Shown: positions 8,804 through 18,192 of the stretch, piece after piece
How positions within the stretch are numbered: position 1 is the first letter of the stretch
Layout: each line of letters starts with the position of its first letter
IMG/VR virus record: IMGVR_UViG_3300023257_000007
Coordinates: 62,001 to 126,000 of that record
Reading direction: 5' to 3' (one strand)
Length of the DNA: 64,000 bases
Notes under the pieces: model-generated
The model's database searches: none
What the model was told of the DNA's origin: nothing
The model's input: the letters and a program-made list of their open reading frames with translations, nothing else
Translations under genes and position numbers: made by a program

Positions 8804-9196
8804 TTATTCTTTATCTAAAAGTGGTATAATTTGATCTTGTATTTCTTCTTGTGTAATACCAGGATATTTTTCTAAAATATTATTATATAATGTAGTACTC
8901 TCTTCTTTTAAAGATTCAATTTTTTCAAAATTAGGTTGTAATTCTTTTTGTGTCTGTAACATAACTCTTTCAATATCATTCAACTTAGAATTTAACTCTT
9001 TTTGAAATGGTTCATCAGTTTCAACTATACCATTATAATCTTTAACCATCCCCTCTAACAGAGAATAAATATTATTTATTTCTCCTTTATATTGATTTAG
9101 AATTTTTTCTTTTTCTTTTATTTTTTCTAATTCAATAAAATACTCTTTTCGTATCCTAATAGCAGAATAAATATATTGTTTATTAATTTTCGACAT
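8804..9196 (-). CDS. Hypothetical coiled-coil protein
   Basis: 130-aa ORF overlapping the upstream stop. Confidence 0.7.
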   Translation of the reverse strand: MSKINKQYIYSAIRIRKEYFIELEKIKEKEKILNQYKGEINNIYSLLEGMVKDYNGIVETDEPFQKELNSKLNDIERVMLQTQKELQPNFEKIESLKEESTTLYNNILEKYPGITQEEIQDQIIPLLDKE

Positions 9197-10571
9197 GCGC
9201 TTTATAACCTTTTTTCTTTGCTGTTTCTGGTAAACAATCTATAACTTTACCTTTTTCATTTACAAATTTATATTGTTGTTTACCTGTTTTAGTTATTTTA
9301 CCTGGTATCAACTTTTTTTCTTGTGTAACAATAATAGATTCTGTTTTAACAAGATTATTATTTTCTTTAACTGATTCAATAACTTCTTCAATTTCTTCAT
9401 CTTTTTTAGAATTATCAATCATTTCATCAAACAATTCTTTATGTTCACCATAAACCTCTGACTTAATTTTATTATAGATTTTCTTTTTCAATCCTGGTAT
9501 ATCTCCTAACAAATCTTTTAACATTTGTTGAGCATAATAATCAATAACATCACCTTTTAGATTCTTTGCAAACATTCTAATAAATGCTGGTTCGGCTATT
9601 TTTTCTTTTATACTTATATCAATAGAAATATTATATACTTTTTCCAACATATCAAACATACTATTAGCCATATTATTTACAGCATTATTTTGTATAGGTT
9701 GTTCTATTGTTTGTTCAACTGGTTGTTTCATAACATCTGTATTAATTTTATTAAGAACTTCATCAGTATTAACAATAGGAGCTTCAATTGCTTTTTGAGC
9801 CTGCCATTCCATCACTCTTTGTGAGTATGGATCACCTTGACCTGCATCAATTTGTTGTTTTCTTATAAGTTCTTCTCTTGGTGTTAACCCAGTTTCAGGA
9901 TTAACTTTAGATTTAGGTTTTTGTGGAACATTTTGTTTAATTTGTAAAACTACATTTGGATCATCTTCATCCACTTGTTTAAATTTAGACAAATCTTCTT
10001 CATTCAATCTAGTTGTCATTTTTAGTTCGCCTCTTTGTTCTGCTGTAGTATTCCACTCTCTCCTTACTAAATCAGCCCTTTGTTCAAGTGATAATCCATC
10101 TTCTTGTTTAACATTATTCTCATTCATTTTAACCTCTGTTTTCATACTTTCAGGAACATCAGCAACTTTTGTTGTATCTACATTTTTAAGTTGATTTGAA
10201 ACTTCCATTATAGAATTATTATTACCATATAAAAAATCTATAGCATCTACTACTTCTATATTTTGAGGTGGTAATTGCCCAGTATTTTGTAAAAATTTTG
10301 TACTTTCTTGTATTTTCTTTTTGTTATTAGCAATATCAGCTTGCATTTTTTGTTCTGGTGTCATAGGTTTTTCAACTTTTATTTGTGTCTTTTGATTCAT
10401 AAAAGATTCAGGGTCGACAGTTTCTAAATAATCATAATACGGAGTAAACATATTAACAAACAAATCTCTTTTTATTTGTACTCCATTACTCAATTCAATA
10501 AACATATCATTAGTATTATCAACTATATGTACTATTTCTTTAGTCTTATTATTTTTAAACTTCTCTGTCAT
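9183..10571 (-). CDS. Hypothetical protein (462 aa, Gln/Asn/Lys/Glu-rich)
   Basis: Long ORF; no motif recognised. Confidence 0.75.
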   Translation of the reverse strand: MTEKFKNNKTKEIVHIVDNTNDMFIELSNGVQIKRDLFVNMFTPYYDYLETVDPESFMNQKTQIKVEKPMTPEQKMQADIANNKKKIQESTKFLQNTGQLPPQNIEVVDAIDFLYGNNNSIMEVSNQLKNVDTTKVADVPESMKTEVKMNENNVKQEDGLSLEQRADLVRREWNTTAEQRGELKMTTRLNEEDLSKFKQVDEDDPNVVLQIKQNVPQKPKSKVNPETGLTPREELIRKQQIDAGQGDPYSQRVMEWQAQKAIEAPIVNTDEVLNKINTDVMKQPVEQTIEQPIQNNAVNNMANSMFDMLEKVYNISIDISIKEKIAEPAFIRMFAKNLKGDVIDYYAQQMLKDLLGDIPGLKKKIYNKIKSEVYGEHKELFDEMIDNSKKDEEIEEVIESVKENNNLVKTESIIVTQEKKLIPGKITKTGKQQYKFVNEKGKVIDCLPETAKKKGYKAHVEN

Positions 10572-10708
10572 TTTATATTTTATATTTTTTTGTTATACTT
10601 TATATTTGATTTTTAGTTTTTAAAATTCTTTAATTTTATATATAGATGATAATGAAACTCAAATTAAATTAAATTTTAAACCGATTTTAAATTAAAATAT
10701 ATATCATT

Positions 10709-11188
10709 ATGAGATACAAATCATTAACATATAAAGGTGAAACCTATACAGAACAATACAAAATAGACGATATATTAATATCAGAAAATTTTAGTTGGAT
10801 TTTAGATGCTGAAATTGAAAATGCAGACATTGAAATATCTAAAGAAACATTAATTTGGAACAATGGATTATGGTATAATGGTGCTTGGACTTATGGTGTT
10901 TTTAGAAATGGTGAATGGAGATATGGTGTTTGGAAAGGTGGTGTTTGGTATAACGGCACATGGAAAAATGGAAGATTTGAATCTGGTATAATTTTTGGTG
11001 GTAAATTTATAAATGGTATTATATTAGGACAAGAAATAAGGGGTGGTGAATTTATAAATGTTGATATTTCTGACCAAGTAAAACGAAGTGATATTGGTGA
11101 TTCCAATAATGATAATATACCTGCTCAAGGTGAGTCAATTTTAGAAAATGTCCTAAGTTTTAAACTATTTATTAATCTTAAAAATTAG
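10709..11188 (+). CDS. W/F-x-x-G-x pentapeptide-repeat protein
   Basis: WNNGLWYNGAWTYGVFRNGEWRYGVWKGGVWYNGTWKNGRF...; TATATA at 10698-10703. Confidence 0.75.
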   Translation: MRYKSLTYKGETYTEQYKIDDILISENFSWILDAEIENADIEISKETLIWNNGLWYNGAWTYGVFRNGEWRYGVWKGGVWYNGTWKNGRFESGIIFGGKFINGIILGQEIRGGEFINVDISDQVKRSDIGDSNNDNIPAQGESILENVLSFKLFINLKN

Positions 11189-11270
11189 TCATTTAATATC
11201 CTTCTAGGGACATCCTTCGCTTAGTTCCCGTTCAAGACCTTAAATAGGTAGATGATTGGAGGAAGGTGGG

Positions 11271-11471
11271 TTACTGAATGTTCGAGTCATTCGTGTCTAA
11301 TCTTTTCATTAAATCCTTAATTAATTTTTCAATTATTTTAATAGAATTTTGTAAATAAATACATTCAACACATCTTTTCGACATACCATGACTGGTCATG
11401 AGATCTGTTCTAATACTTTCTAAAAGTTTTTTACTATTATTTAATTTACTAATTATTTCAGTTTTTTCCAT
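11271..11471 (-). CDS. Small hypothetical protein
   Basis: 66-aa ORF with A-rich upstream region. Confidence 0.5.
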   Translation of the reverse strand: MEKTEIISKLNNSKKLLESIRTDLMTSHGMSKRCVECIYLQNSIKIIEKLIKDLMKRLDTNDSNIQ

Positions 11472-11568
11472 AATTGAATATAACCATTAATATCTAAAAT
11501 AAAAAATAAACAAAATTTTTATTTAAACATATAAAATGATGTAAAACTAAAAAACAATAAACAAAAAA

Positions 11569-12636
11569 TTGATTAGTTACTTCGGAGGAAAAGCAAAAAT
11601 GGGTGAGTGGATATATCCATTTATTCCAAAAAACATTAAAACATACGTAGAACCTTTTTCAGGTGCTTTTTGGATTTATTTTAATACAAAAAATGATTTC
11701 ACACATTGTGATAAAGTTGTATATAACGATATTAACAAATATATGTTAAATCTTATGTATTGTGCTAAAGATCATCAAAAATTACTTGCAAAAATTGAAA
11801 GTGAGTTAAAACCAGGTGGATTTTTATACAATCCACACAAATTTAAAACACCAGAATATAAACAAGTTTATAAAGATTTGTATTATGAATATAAACATTG
11901 TAGAGATAAAAATAAATTCTTAGAAGATCCTATTTTTGAAATAGGTGACTATGATGCAGCAGTTAAATATGCATTTTTAATAACTTCAGCGTTTAATGGT
12001 TGTTTTCCTAAAGCTGCAGGTTTTTCAGGTATTGCAACCAATGGAAAATATAAATTACAAACATTTATTAATAAACTAAATAAAAAAGCAATTCAAGAAA
12101 AACTTGAAAGTATCACAGACTTTGAATTATTTGATTTTGAAGATTTAATTAAAAAATATGATAGTGAAGAAACTTACTTCTATTTAGATCCACCTTATTT
12201 CGATCCAAAAGGTAAAAGACTTGATTGGTATGGTGTTAAAGATGATAGTATGTTTGGTGTTGGTGGTCATGAAAGATTAGCTAATTTATTACAAAATACT
12301 AAAGCAAAATGGTCTCTATCTTACTATAATTATCCACAATTAGAAAAATGGTATCCAAATACAAAATACAATTGGGAATCTAAAGATTTCTTTAGAAGTT
12401 CTGCTTCTTTTTCAGACAACAAAGATGTGAAAGGAACTGAAATATTGATAATGAATTATAACTTTGAAGAGGAAGAGTATAAAAATAAGATGAAAAAATC
12501 TATACCTACAATAAAAGAAAAATTTAAAGATTGTACTGAAGAAGAATTTCCAAATAGAGAAAACGATAAAATATTACTCAACAAATTAAAAGATATTGGT
12601 GATAAAATGAACGAAAACGATGACTTCTGGAACTAA
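11569..12636 (+). CDS. dam: DNA adenine methyltransferase (Dam/D12 class)
   Basis: ISYFGGK, YVEPFSG, VYNDIN, YFYLDPPY, HERLA, TEILIMNY; TTG start. Confidence 0.9.
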   Translation: MISYFGGKAKMGEWIYPFIPKNIKTYVEPFSGAFWIYFNTKNDFTHCDKVVYNDINKYMLNLMYCAKDHQKLLAKIESELKPGGFLYNPHKFKTPEYKQVYKDLYYEYKHCRDKNKFLEDPIFEIGDYDAAVKYAFLITSAFNGCFPKAAGFSGIATNGKYKLQTFINKLNKKAIQEKLESITDFELFDFEDLIKKYDSEETYFYLDPPYFDPKGKRLDWYGVKDDSMFGVGGHERLANLLQNTKAKWSLSYYNYPQLEKWYPNTKYNWESKDFFRSSASFSDNKDVKGTEILIMNYNFEEEEYKNKMKKSIPTIKEKFKDCTEEEFPNRENDKILLNKLKDIGDKMNENDDFWN

Positions 12637-13060
12637 TATTTATAAATCAGCTGGTTTAGCTTTAATTAAAGATAATAAATTATTATTAGGACATCCCGCT
12701 AATAGTAAAAGACAAAATTTTTATAGCATTCCAAAAGGACAAATACACGAAGGAGAATCTAAAATTGATGCTGCAATTCGTGAAACTAAAGAAGAAATCG
12801 GAATAGATATACCAATATCTATGATAAATACTGAACCAGAATATAAAATAGAATATAAAAATAAAAAAGGCGAACATTATAAAACAGTATATTATTATAT
12901 TGTATATTTACCAAATAATTTTATAAGTGATATTATATCCATAGAACAATTACAACCAGAAGAAATAGATTATGCTGAATTCTTAACACATAAAGAAGCA
13001 GAATCTAAAATATTCTGGAGATTTAAACCAATTTTAAAACATATTGAAAATGAAATTTGA
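12620..13060 (+). CDS. NUDIX hydrolase
   Basis: Nudix box PKGQIHEGESKIDAAIRETKEEIGI. Confidence 0.9.
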   Translation: MTSGTNIYKSAGLALIKDNKLLLGHPANSKRQNFYSIPKGQIHEGESKIDAAIRETKEEIGIDIPISMINTEPEYKIEYKNKKGEHYKTVYYYIVYLPNNFISDIISIEQLQPEEIDYAEFLTHKEAESKIFWRFKPILKHIENEI

Positions 13061-13282
13061 TTTCATTCTTCGATAAATGCAATGTCTGCATTATGTGAAA
13101 AAACTCTTTTTCTAAATTTTATTACGAAAAAAGAGATAAAGTTTATAAAACACAAAAATTACCTATAACATCAAAATTATCAAAATTTACCACATTTGAT
13201 TTAAATTCAATATTAGAAAGATCTAAGGAAATTTCTAAATATGGTATTAAAGAATGGTTAATTGGTGATCAACTTGATAACA

Positions 13283-14206
13283 TCATATTATAAAGAATGA
13301 TTCTAATATTTGTATAACATTTTCATCATAACGTATTCTTATCAAATCGATATTGTTTTCTTTACAATATCGATTTTTTATTTCGTCATTGTTTTGTGTT
13401 TCTTTTAATTTTTTCCAAATTTTATTTTCTCTAAAATGTTGTTCACCATCATATTCAATACACAAATTATGTTTTGGTAAATAAAAATCAAAAGGTAATG
13501 GTAACTTATTTCTACAATCTTTAAATCTAAATTGAATTTCAAAGTCAATATTTCTATCTGATAGATAATTTCTTATTTGTGTTTCACCATGAGACATTCT
13601 ACATATTGGACAACCTTTACCAGATAGGTGGTTGTTCGGTGTTTGATTAAATGTACCATGTTTATCACATATAATTTCAACTTTTGAAATTGCATTTACA
13701 TATTTAACATCACAATAATCATACATATCACCGTGTTTTAATTTTGATTTTTTAATAAATTCTTTCGTATTAGATCTATATGTACCATCACACTTTGGAC
13801 ATCCAGAAACATAATGAGATCTTGGTTCTTGTTCAAAAACACCGTGTTCTGGACACACAATTTTAACCTTGGTTTTATTATTTTCATATTCAACTAAATC
13901 ATAAATATATTTATCACCGTGTTTTAATTTTGATTTTCTAATAAAATCATCGTTTTTAAGAGAAAACAATTCGTTTTTATGTTCTGATGAACATTTTGTA
14001 CAACCACCACCTCTCATATGGACATCTGGTCTTTGTTTAAAAATTCCATGTTTATTGCAAATGATATTAACACATAAACTATTTTTAATATAATTCACTA
14101 AAGAATAATCATATCTAAGTCCATGTTTTTTGATAGATTTTTCAACAAAAATCATAGTATTATACTTTACAGGCATATTTTTAATAATTTTTAAGTAATG
14201 ATTCAA
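13283..14206 (-). CDS. Putative homing endonuclease: three C..HG..H..G.GC..C (DUF723-like) repeats plus Vsr/DUF559-like nuclease
   Basis: Repeated YDY..V.Y....V.I.C..HG.F.Q.P..H..G.GC..C; C-terminal LPFDFYLP..NLCIEYDGEQH, LIRI. Confidence 0.85.
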   Translation of the reverse strand: MNHYLKIIKNMPVKYNTMIFVEKSIKKHGLRYDYSLVNYIKNSLCVNIICNKHGIFKQRPDVHMRGGGCTKCSSEHKNELFSLKNDDFIRKSKLKHGDKYIYDLVEYENNKTKVKIVCPEHGVFEQEPRSHYVSGCPKCDGTYRSNTKEFIKKSKLKHGDMYDYCDVKYVNAISKVEIICDKHGTFNQTPNNHLSGKGCPICRMSHGETQIRNYLSDRNIDFEIQFRFKDCRNKLPLPFDFYLPKHNLCIEYDGEQHFRENKIWKKLKETQNNDEIKNRYCKENNIDLIRIRYDENVIQILESFFII

Positions 14207-14243
14207 ACATTATCTAATATATTTTATATATAAAAGTAAAAAT

Positions 14244-15347
14244 ATGAAATTTGATTTTGACGACATTTTAATACAACCATCTACAATAACTGACATAGTA
14301 AGTAGAGATAATATTCCCGTATATGATGAAAATGGTATGTTACCATTATTCACAGCACCAATGGACACGGTAGTGAATTTAACAAATTATAAAATATTTT
14401 TAGAAAATGGTATACGTGTTGTTTTACCAAGGACAATAAATGATATTTATGATTTGCCTTATGATGAAAATTCAGAATATTTATGGTTTTCTTATGGTTT
14501 AAATGATATTGATAATTTATTTTTATCTGATATAACTGGCACGAAAGTTGATTCAAGATCATATCTTATCCAAGATTATTTGAAAAATAATAGATTATTT
14601 ATTTTAATTGACATAGCTAATGCTCATATGACCAAATTACACAACCAAATCAAATCATTAAAAGATAAATATAATGATATGTTAGAAATAATGGTTGGTA
14701 ATATAGCAAATCCAGAAACTTACAAAATATTATCTGATTTAGGTGTCTGGGGAGTTAGATGTACTATAGGAAACGGTTCAGGTTGCCTTACAACAGAAAA
14801 ACTAGGTTTAGGTTACCCATCAGCATCTTTAATAAATGAATGTTATGACATATCACTAACATTAAATAAACCGGCTAATATTATAATGGATGGTGGTTTA
14901 AAAGAAGATCGAGATTTTATTAAAAGTTTTGCACTAGGTGCAGATTTCTGTATGAGTGGTGGAGTCTTCAACAAAGCATTAGAAAGTTGTGCTGATACAT
15001 ACACACAAAATGTTAAACATGACTGGGGAACAGAACCTGGATCTTTAATTGATCAATATCATGAAGATACAGTTAAAATGTTTAAAAATGGTACAAAATT
15101 CTTTAAAAAATTTAGAGGAATGAGTACTAAAGAAGTTCAAAAATCTTTAGGAAATAAAGTATTGAAAACATCCGAGGGTATAACTAAAATGAACCCTGTA
15201 GAATATACATTAGAAGGCTGGGTAGATAACTTTAAACATTATTTAAGTTCTGCTATGTCATATACAAATAGTAATAATTTACAAGAATTTAAAGGTGTTA
15301 AATATAACATGATTACTCAAAACTCATTTAAAAGATATAATAAATAA
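14244..15347 (+). CDS. guaC: GMP reductase / IMPDH-family TIM-barrel enzyme (no CBS domains)
   Basis: FDDILIQP, APMDTV, IDIANAH, VGNIA, GNGSGCLT (catalytic Cys), DGG, FRGMST, SEG, LSSAMSY. Confidence 0.8.
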   Translation: MKFDFDDILIQPSTITDIVSRDNIPVYDENGMLPLFTAPMDTVVNLTNYKIFLENGIRVVLPRTINDIYDLPYDENSEYLWFSYGLNDIDNLFLSDITGTKVDSRSYLIQDYLKNNRLFILIDIANAHMTKLHNQIKSLKDKYNDMLEIMVGNIANPETYKILSDLGVWGVRCTIGNGSGCLTTEKLGLGYPSASLINECYDISLTLNKPANIIMDGGLKEDRDFIKSFALGADFCMSGGVFNKALESCADTYTQNVKHDWGTEPGSLIDQYHEDTVKMFKNGTKFFKKFRGMSTKEVQKSLGNKVLKTSEGITKMNPVEYTLEGWVDNFKHYLSSAMSYTNSNNLQEFKGVKYNMITQNSFKRYNK

Positions 15348-15461
15348 TATGATTAAACCAGGTGATATAGTAACGAAGTAAAAAATGGAAATTTTAAAGA
15401 ATTTTTTATTTAATAGTATTTTATTAAATTTATAAGAATTTTTATCGAAAAACAGAGAAAC

Positions 15462-15971
15462 ATGAAAAACAGAGAAATCGAAAGAAAATGGTTAATAAAT
15501 AAAAAAGATTTACCAGAACTAACAAAAATGCCTTATATTAATATAACACAAGGTTATATGAAAAGTGATGGTGAGCTTACAATAAGATTGAGACAATCTC
15601 TTTATATGAGATATTCAAATGATTTAATTGGTGAAGAATATACAATGACAATAAAAGGCGCTGGACTAAAAGATAGAGAAGAAAGAGAATCTGTTATTTG
15701 GAAGCCTCAATTTTCTACATTTTGGCCACTATGTCGAGAATACACAATACACAAACATAGATATGAATATACTGGCGTAAATAATAATATAATACAAATA
15801 GACATATTTAAAAATGAATTTAAAGATCTTTATATGTTAGAAATAGAATTCAACACATTAAAAGAATGTGATGAATATGTATCAGAAGATTGGTTTGGTA
15901 AAGAAGTAACAGAAGACTTCAAATATTCAAACTTTTATATGGCAGTAAACAAAAAACCTATTTTAATATAA
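15462..15971 (+). CDS. CYTH / triphosphate tunnel metalloenzyme
   Basis: EIERKWL, RLRQ, TIKG, K.RY, ID.F, LEIEF, WFGKEVT.D.KYSN. Confidence 0.88.
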   Translation: MKNREIERKWLINKKDLPELTKMPYINITQGYMKSDGELTIRLRQSLYMRYSNDLIGEEYTMTIKGAGLKDREERESVIWKPQFSTFWPLCREYTIHKHRYEYTGVNNNIIQIDIFKNEFKDLYMLEIEFNTLKECDEYVSEDWFGKEVTEDFKYSNFYMAVNKKPILI

Positions 15972-15985
15972 TTAATATACTTTTT

Positions 15986-16330
15986 ATGATTAAAAATTTT
16001 AAAATGTTTGATAATATTGATAAATTCACAGAAATTATCAAATCAGAAATTAAATTAAGTGAAGAAAAATTCAAACTTAAAATTGAACCAGAAGATCAAG
16101 AAAAAGAAATAGATATTATAATTAAAACTTTTGGTGAATATGATTTCAGTAATGGTATTTCAAGTGAAATATATCAAAAATTGTTTAATGAAATAGTTAC
16201 AAAAGTAAATAAATTATTAGATAAACAATTAAATTATTATTTTTGCAATACTCCTGAAGGAGAAACAAAAACTAGGTATAATTGTCATTTACACAGTGTA
16301 ATATTTAGATTATTTATCTTGCTTCAATAA
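15986..16330 (+). CDS. Hypothetical protein (MIKNFKMFD N-terminus)
   Basis: 114-aa ORF. Confidence 0.65.
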   Translation: MIKNFKMFDNIDKFTEIIKSEIKLSEEKFKLKIEPEDQEKEIDIIIKTFGEYDFSNGISSEIYQKLFNEIVTKVNKLLDKQLNYYFCNTPEGETKTRYNCHLHSVIFRLFILLQ

Positions 16331-16339
16331 AATTAAAAA

Positions 16340-16606
16340 TTAAAAATCTCGTTCATATCTCCTAATTTTTTCTTTCCCAATTCTAATATCAAACTCTTTA
16401 AGAAATGAATTTGGTATTTTAATGTCATACTCTTCAAAATTTTTAAGTATCTCTAATCTCGTAAAATCACACTCTGAAATTCCTATACTCCACTCTTTTA
16501 CCCAAAGTCCCCAACTCTTTTTACTTTTAATAACTCCATTTAATATGTTTGGATGTTTAGTATAAATTGGTTTATCTTTATATAAACCATTATCAAATTC
16601 TTTCAT
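16340..16606 (-). CDS. Hypothetical protein
   Basis: 88-aa ORF; the frame stays open about 200 nt further upstream without an ATG. Confidence 0.55.
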   Translation of the reverse strand: MKEFDNGLYKDKPIYTKHPNILNGVIKSKKSWGLWVKEWSIGISECDFTRLEILKNFEEYDIKIPNSFLKEFDIRIGKEKIRRYERDF

Positions 16607-16822
16607 ACAGATTTTACAATTTTTACCATTAATATCAAATATAATTTCAGGATTATACGTTCCAGAAAAGGAAAGTATATTGCATCGGTAAGATTTAAGA
16701 AAGAAACAAAATATTTCATTAAAACTATTTGAATGTTTTTGTTTCTTCTTATTTTTTCTTGTTAGGCCTTTCTTATAAAGACCATCATTGCTTCCAGCAT
16801 TTTCATAATCTTTTATTTATTT

Positions 16823-17053
16823 TTAGGTTGATATTTCAAACGTAGACCATGAAATTTTTCCAACATTTGAATATAAATTGTCTAATTTTTCAGCAAAATA
16901 TTCAAACCATTGTTTATCTTCTTTTGTTAAAGTATATCCATTTTCTAATTTACTTTTATAATCTTTAATAACATTTAAGTCATTAAGAAATAAATAAAAT
17001 GTTTCAGAATCAAGATTTTCTACTATTTTATTAATATTATCTAAATCTTTCAT
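16823..17053 (-). CDS. Hypothetical protein directly downstream of tRNA-Ala
   Basis: 76-aa ORF whose ATG abuts the tRNA 3' end. Confidence 0.6.
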   Translation of the reverse strand: MKDLDNINKIVENLDSETFYLFLNDLNVIKDYKSKLENGYTLTKEDKQWFEYFAEKLDNLYSNVGKISWSTFEIST

Positions 17054-17054
17054 G

Positions 17055-17126
17055 TGGAGCCTACGGGAATCGAACCCGTGTCTTCTGAGTGCAAGTCAGA
17101 AATAATAGCCTCTATACGAAGGTCCC
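17055..17126 (-). tRNA. trnA: tRNA-Ala(TGC)
   Basis: GGGACCT/AGGCTCC acceptor with G3:U70 (one A:C mismatch); anticodon arm TCTGA-CTTGCAC-TCAGA; GGTTCGATTCC. Confidence 0.92.
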
Positions 17127-17133
17127 ATTTTTG

Positions 17134-17207
17134 TACTCCCGATTGGACTCGAACCAACAACTTCTGCCATGTAACGGCAGCACTCTACGCAATTGAGCTA
17201 CAGGAGC
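17134..17207 (-). tRNA. trnV: tRNA-Val(TAC)
   Basis: GCTCCTG/CGGGAGT; CTGCC-GTTACAT-GGCAG; GGTTCGAGTCC. Confidence 0.92.
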
Positions 17208-17212
17208 GTTTG

Positions 17213-17286
17213 TAGTCTCGATGAGATTCGAACTCATGACCTCTTGCACGTCAAGCAAACACTCTAACCAACTGAGCTACGAAACT
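17213..17286 (-). tRNA. trnV: tRNA-Val(GAC)
   Basis: AGTTTCG/CGAGACT; TAGCTCAGTTGGTTAGAGT D-arm; TTGC-TTGACGT-GCAA; GAGTTCGAATCTC. Confidence 0.93.
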
Positions 17287-17290
17287 ATAG

Positions 17291-17361
17291 TACTCTCGAA
17301 GGGACTCGAACCCCCACTAAGGGTTTAGAAGACCCTTGTGCATCCATTACACCACGAAAGC
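17291..17361 (-). tRNA. trnR: tRNA-Arg(TCT)
   Basis: GCTTTCG/CGAGAGT; AGGGT-CTTCTAA-ACCCT; GGGTTCGAGTCCC. Confidence 0.92.
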
Positions 17362-17362
17362 A

Positions 17363-18055
17363 TTAACACATTTTCAATTTTTTAATTATATCACTAATAG
17401 TGCCTTTTGAAGCACAAAAATATTCAGCAATTTTAACTTGTTTAATATTTTGATTAAAATACATATCATAAACTTTTTCTCTATCAATTTTTGGTTGTTT
17501 ATATTTCAAATTATTAGATTTTTCTATAATTTCATCAAGATTTTCGTAGAAAAATTTTGAATCTGTATGTTTTATTGTGTGACAATTTCTACATATTATT
17601 TTACATTTATCTAATTCATTTTGTACTTTTTCACTCAAATCTTTTATACTATCAAATCTACTAGTTATATCACTTAAAATAAAATCCTTATTTCTTTCAT
17701 GATGAAAATTTAATGACGAATTACATTTATTATATCCACATATATAACATTTATCATCACCTAAATATTTTAAATAAATGTGTTTGTTGTGTCTCTTATT
17801 AGAAACTTTGCCAATTTTTTCATGTAATTCTTGATGACAATTTTGACAATATAATTCACACTTTTTTAACTCTTTCTCTATTATATTCCAGCTATAATTT
17901 CTTAAAACATTTAATGATTCTTTTTTATCATCTATATGATGAAAACACAATTTTAATATATTATCTTCACCACACATTTTACAAGAACCACCAAGTAATT
18001 TAACTGCTTTGTACTTTTTAGCAAAAACTAATATTTTTGTTGATAATTTTTTCAT
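17363..18055 (-). CDS. Double-HNH homing endonuclease-like protein with C-terminal HTH, inserted in the tRNA cluster
   Basis: Two CxxC..L.FHH..C...CxNCH..H units plus QVKIAEYF..SKGTISDII; real start is the ATG at 18055 (the track's 18100 start runs through a palindrome). Confidence 0.85.
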   Translation of the reverse strand: MKKLSTKILVFAKKYKAVKLLGGSCKMCGEDNILKLCFHHIDDKKESLNVLRNYSWNIIEKELKKCELYCQNCHQELHEKIGKVSNKRHNKHIYLKYLGDDKCYICGYNKCNSSLNFHHERNKDFILSDITSRFDSIKDLSEKVQNELDKCKIICRNCHTIKHTDSKFFYENLDEIIEKSNNLKYKQPKIDREKVYDMYFNQNIKQVKIAEYFCASKGTISDIIKKLKMC

Positions 18056-18104
18056 GTTCGAGGTTTTAATTTTATATATTAAAATTAAAACCTCGAACAT
18101 GAAA
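18050..18104 (-). promoter_or_regulatory. Perfect 25-bp hairpin with late promoter TATATA at the apex; stem includes the HNH start codon
   Basis: tttcatgttcgaggttttaatttta / taaaattaaaacctcgaacatgaaa, 5-nt loop tatat. Confidence 0.85.
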
Positions 18105-18108
18105 TTTG

Positions 18109-18182
18109 AGCGAATGAACGGATTCGAACCGTCACCTCAACTTTGGAAGAGTTATATGCTAACCATTAAACACCACATTCGC
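18109..18182 (-). tRNA. trnG: tRNA-Gly(TCC)
   Basis: GCGAATG/CATTCGC, U discriminator; TAACT-CTTCCAA-AGTTG; CGGTTCGAATCCG. Confidence 0.94.
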
Positions 18183-18192
18183 TTATTTCTTG

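Noticed and set aside
13064-13285. Open frame without a start (KNSFSKFYYEK...DNIIL) after NUDIX
   Set aside because: No plausible start and an upstream in-frame TGA; possibly a gene remnant tied to the nuclease insertion, not supportable as a CDS.
16607-16815. Upstream in-frame extension of the 88-aa ORF (contains CxxC-like KNCKIC)
   Set aside because: No ATG/GTG in frame; the nearby ATG is out of frame. It could be a frameshifted or ATA-started gene but cannot be decided from sequence alone.
18056-18100. N-terminal extension MFEVLILIYKIKTSN of the HNH ORF
   Set aside because: It is an artefact of the perfect palindrome; the ATG at 18055 lies downstream of the TATATA promoter.
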